Shown here: piece after piece, positions 63,193 through 64,000 of the stretch
How the letters are laid out: each line of letters starts with the position of its first letter
How positions within the stretch are numbered: the stretch's first letter is position 1
From: Calcarisporiella thermophila CBS 279.70
Lineage: Eukaryota; Fungi; Calcarisporiellomycota
Direction: 5' to 3'
DNA length: 64,000 nucleotides
Assembly (NCBI RefSeq): GCF_041956535.1
Contig: NW_027192226.1
Span: forward strand, 1 to 64,000
Position numbers and translations under genes: made by a program
The notes under the pieces: generated by a model
What the model was told of the DNA's origin: nothing
Databases searched by the model: none
The model's input: only the letters and a program-made list of their open reading frames with translations

Positions 63193-64000
63193 TCAAATAT
63201 TGTAGTTAAAGTTTGAAATTGTGCTGTAAGCATTTTGTCCATATTCAGAATTGGTTACATCTCTCATGGCAGGAGGAATGGTGCCATTAGGATAGAGGGA
63301 GAGGCCAGGAGGAAATTGTACCTGTGTATCATGCGCTGCCGTTGACCGCACATTACTTCCGAAATTATTCTTGGAGAGCGAAATTAATTCTGTGGCTCTC
63401 TCTTGTAGCTGGATTGGATCATACCCCTCTAAACTTGTGTCAATGTTTTCAAACCACTTGACATCTGGATGCGTTGGCAATGAATGTTCGATTGGAATGG
63501 AAAAATCGAATAGTGAGGACGGCACAGTTTGACTTAGGTCTAGAGTGGGAATAATAACAGCCATTAAAGCTTTTTCTAGTGAATCCTCAAGACCAGTTGT
63601 CTCTATTTTCGCTATTGATTCAAGGCTCACATGAGGAATGATAATTGGCTTGTTGGCTTGTCTGCTAAAATTCTCCTCATTTTCACTTTCAAGCCTTGCA
63701 ACTTGAACTTGTCGGCTCTCCAAGCGGCCCAGAGCTTCTTCAATGGCACGAATAAGTCGTCGATTAAATATCACAAGCTGCTTGCATTCCAACAGTTTTA
63801 GAGTGCGATGTAAATTTAAAATTGCCTGTTGGCGCTGGTTGCCTGTCCTCGACTCCGCTATCAAAATGTGAATGCATGCACTTGTATTCAAACCGTAAAC
63901 CACGAGAGGGTGCAGAATTACGCCATTTAAATCATTGAGAATATTTTCCGCTATATCCACAACGGAATCAGCAGGTCCCACACATTCTGCAAGCAAACTT
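63193..64000 (-). CDS. Third Zn2Cys6-family paralog, C-terminal part (5' end outside the window)
   Basis: ECV..ADSVVDIA..ILND...LHPLVVYGLNTSACIHILIAES....QR..A and IIPHVSLESI align with the two downstream paralogs. Confidence 0.85.
   Translation of the reverse strand, partial: SLLAECVGPADSVVDIAENILNDLNGVILHPLVVYGLNTSACIHILIAESRTGNQRQQAILNLHRTLKLLECKQLVIFNRRLIRAIEEALGRLESRQVQVARLESENEENFSRQANKPIIIPHVSLESIAKIETTGLEDSLEKALMAVIIPTLDLSQTVPSSLFDFSIPIEHSLPTHPDVKWFENIDTSLEGYDPIQLQERATELISLSKNNFGSNVRSTAAHDTQVQFPPGLSLYPNGTIPPAMRDVTNSEYGQNAYSTISNFNYNI

Overview
AT-rich, intron-containing eukaryotic DNA, most consistent with an early-diverging fungus (Mucoromycota/Zoopagomycota-like; this is an inference). 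There are two assembly gaps. The window has three compartments. (1) About 1-34 kb is gene-sparse and accessory. It holds an Ash1-type GATA factor, several secreted or defence-type proteins (Kex2-processed Cys-rich protein, stanniocalcin-like, DUF4360, collagen-like, ricin-B lectin, class-3 lipase, Thr/Pro mucin-like) and a stand-alone NRPS-like A-T-R reductase. It also holds an intact Tc1-family transposase ORF with two catalytic aspartates replaced, a near-complete but disabled DIRS-type retrotransposon (gag, RT, RNase H, N6-adenine methyltransferase-like, tyrosine recombinase) and an older DIRS relic. (2) About 34-56 kb is a dense housekeeping block: INCENP and CENP-H head-to-head, LETM1/Mdm38, a membrane J-protein, importin-11, a MINDY deubiquitinase and cohesin Scc3/STAG. 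(3) From 56 kb to the end is a tandem array of at least three paralogous Zn2Cys6 factors. The best leads are the apparently domesticated Tc1 transposase, the symmetric ACGCG-containing INCENP/CENP-H promoter, the Cys-to-Asp GATA finger, the orphan secreted proteins and a palindrome shared upstream of the Zn2Cys6 paralogs. Gene models were read by eye; no database searches were run.
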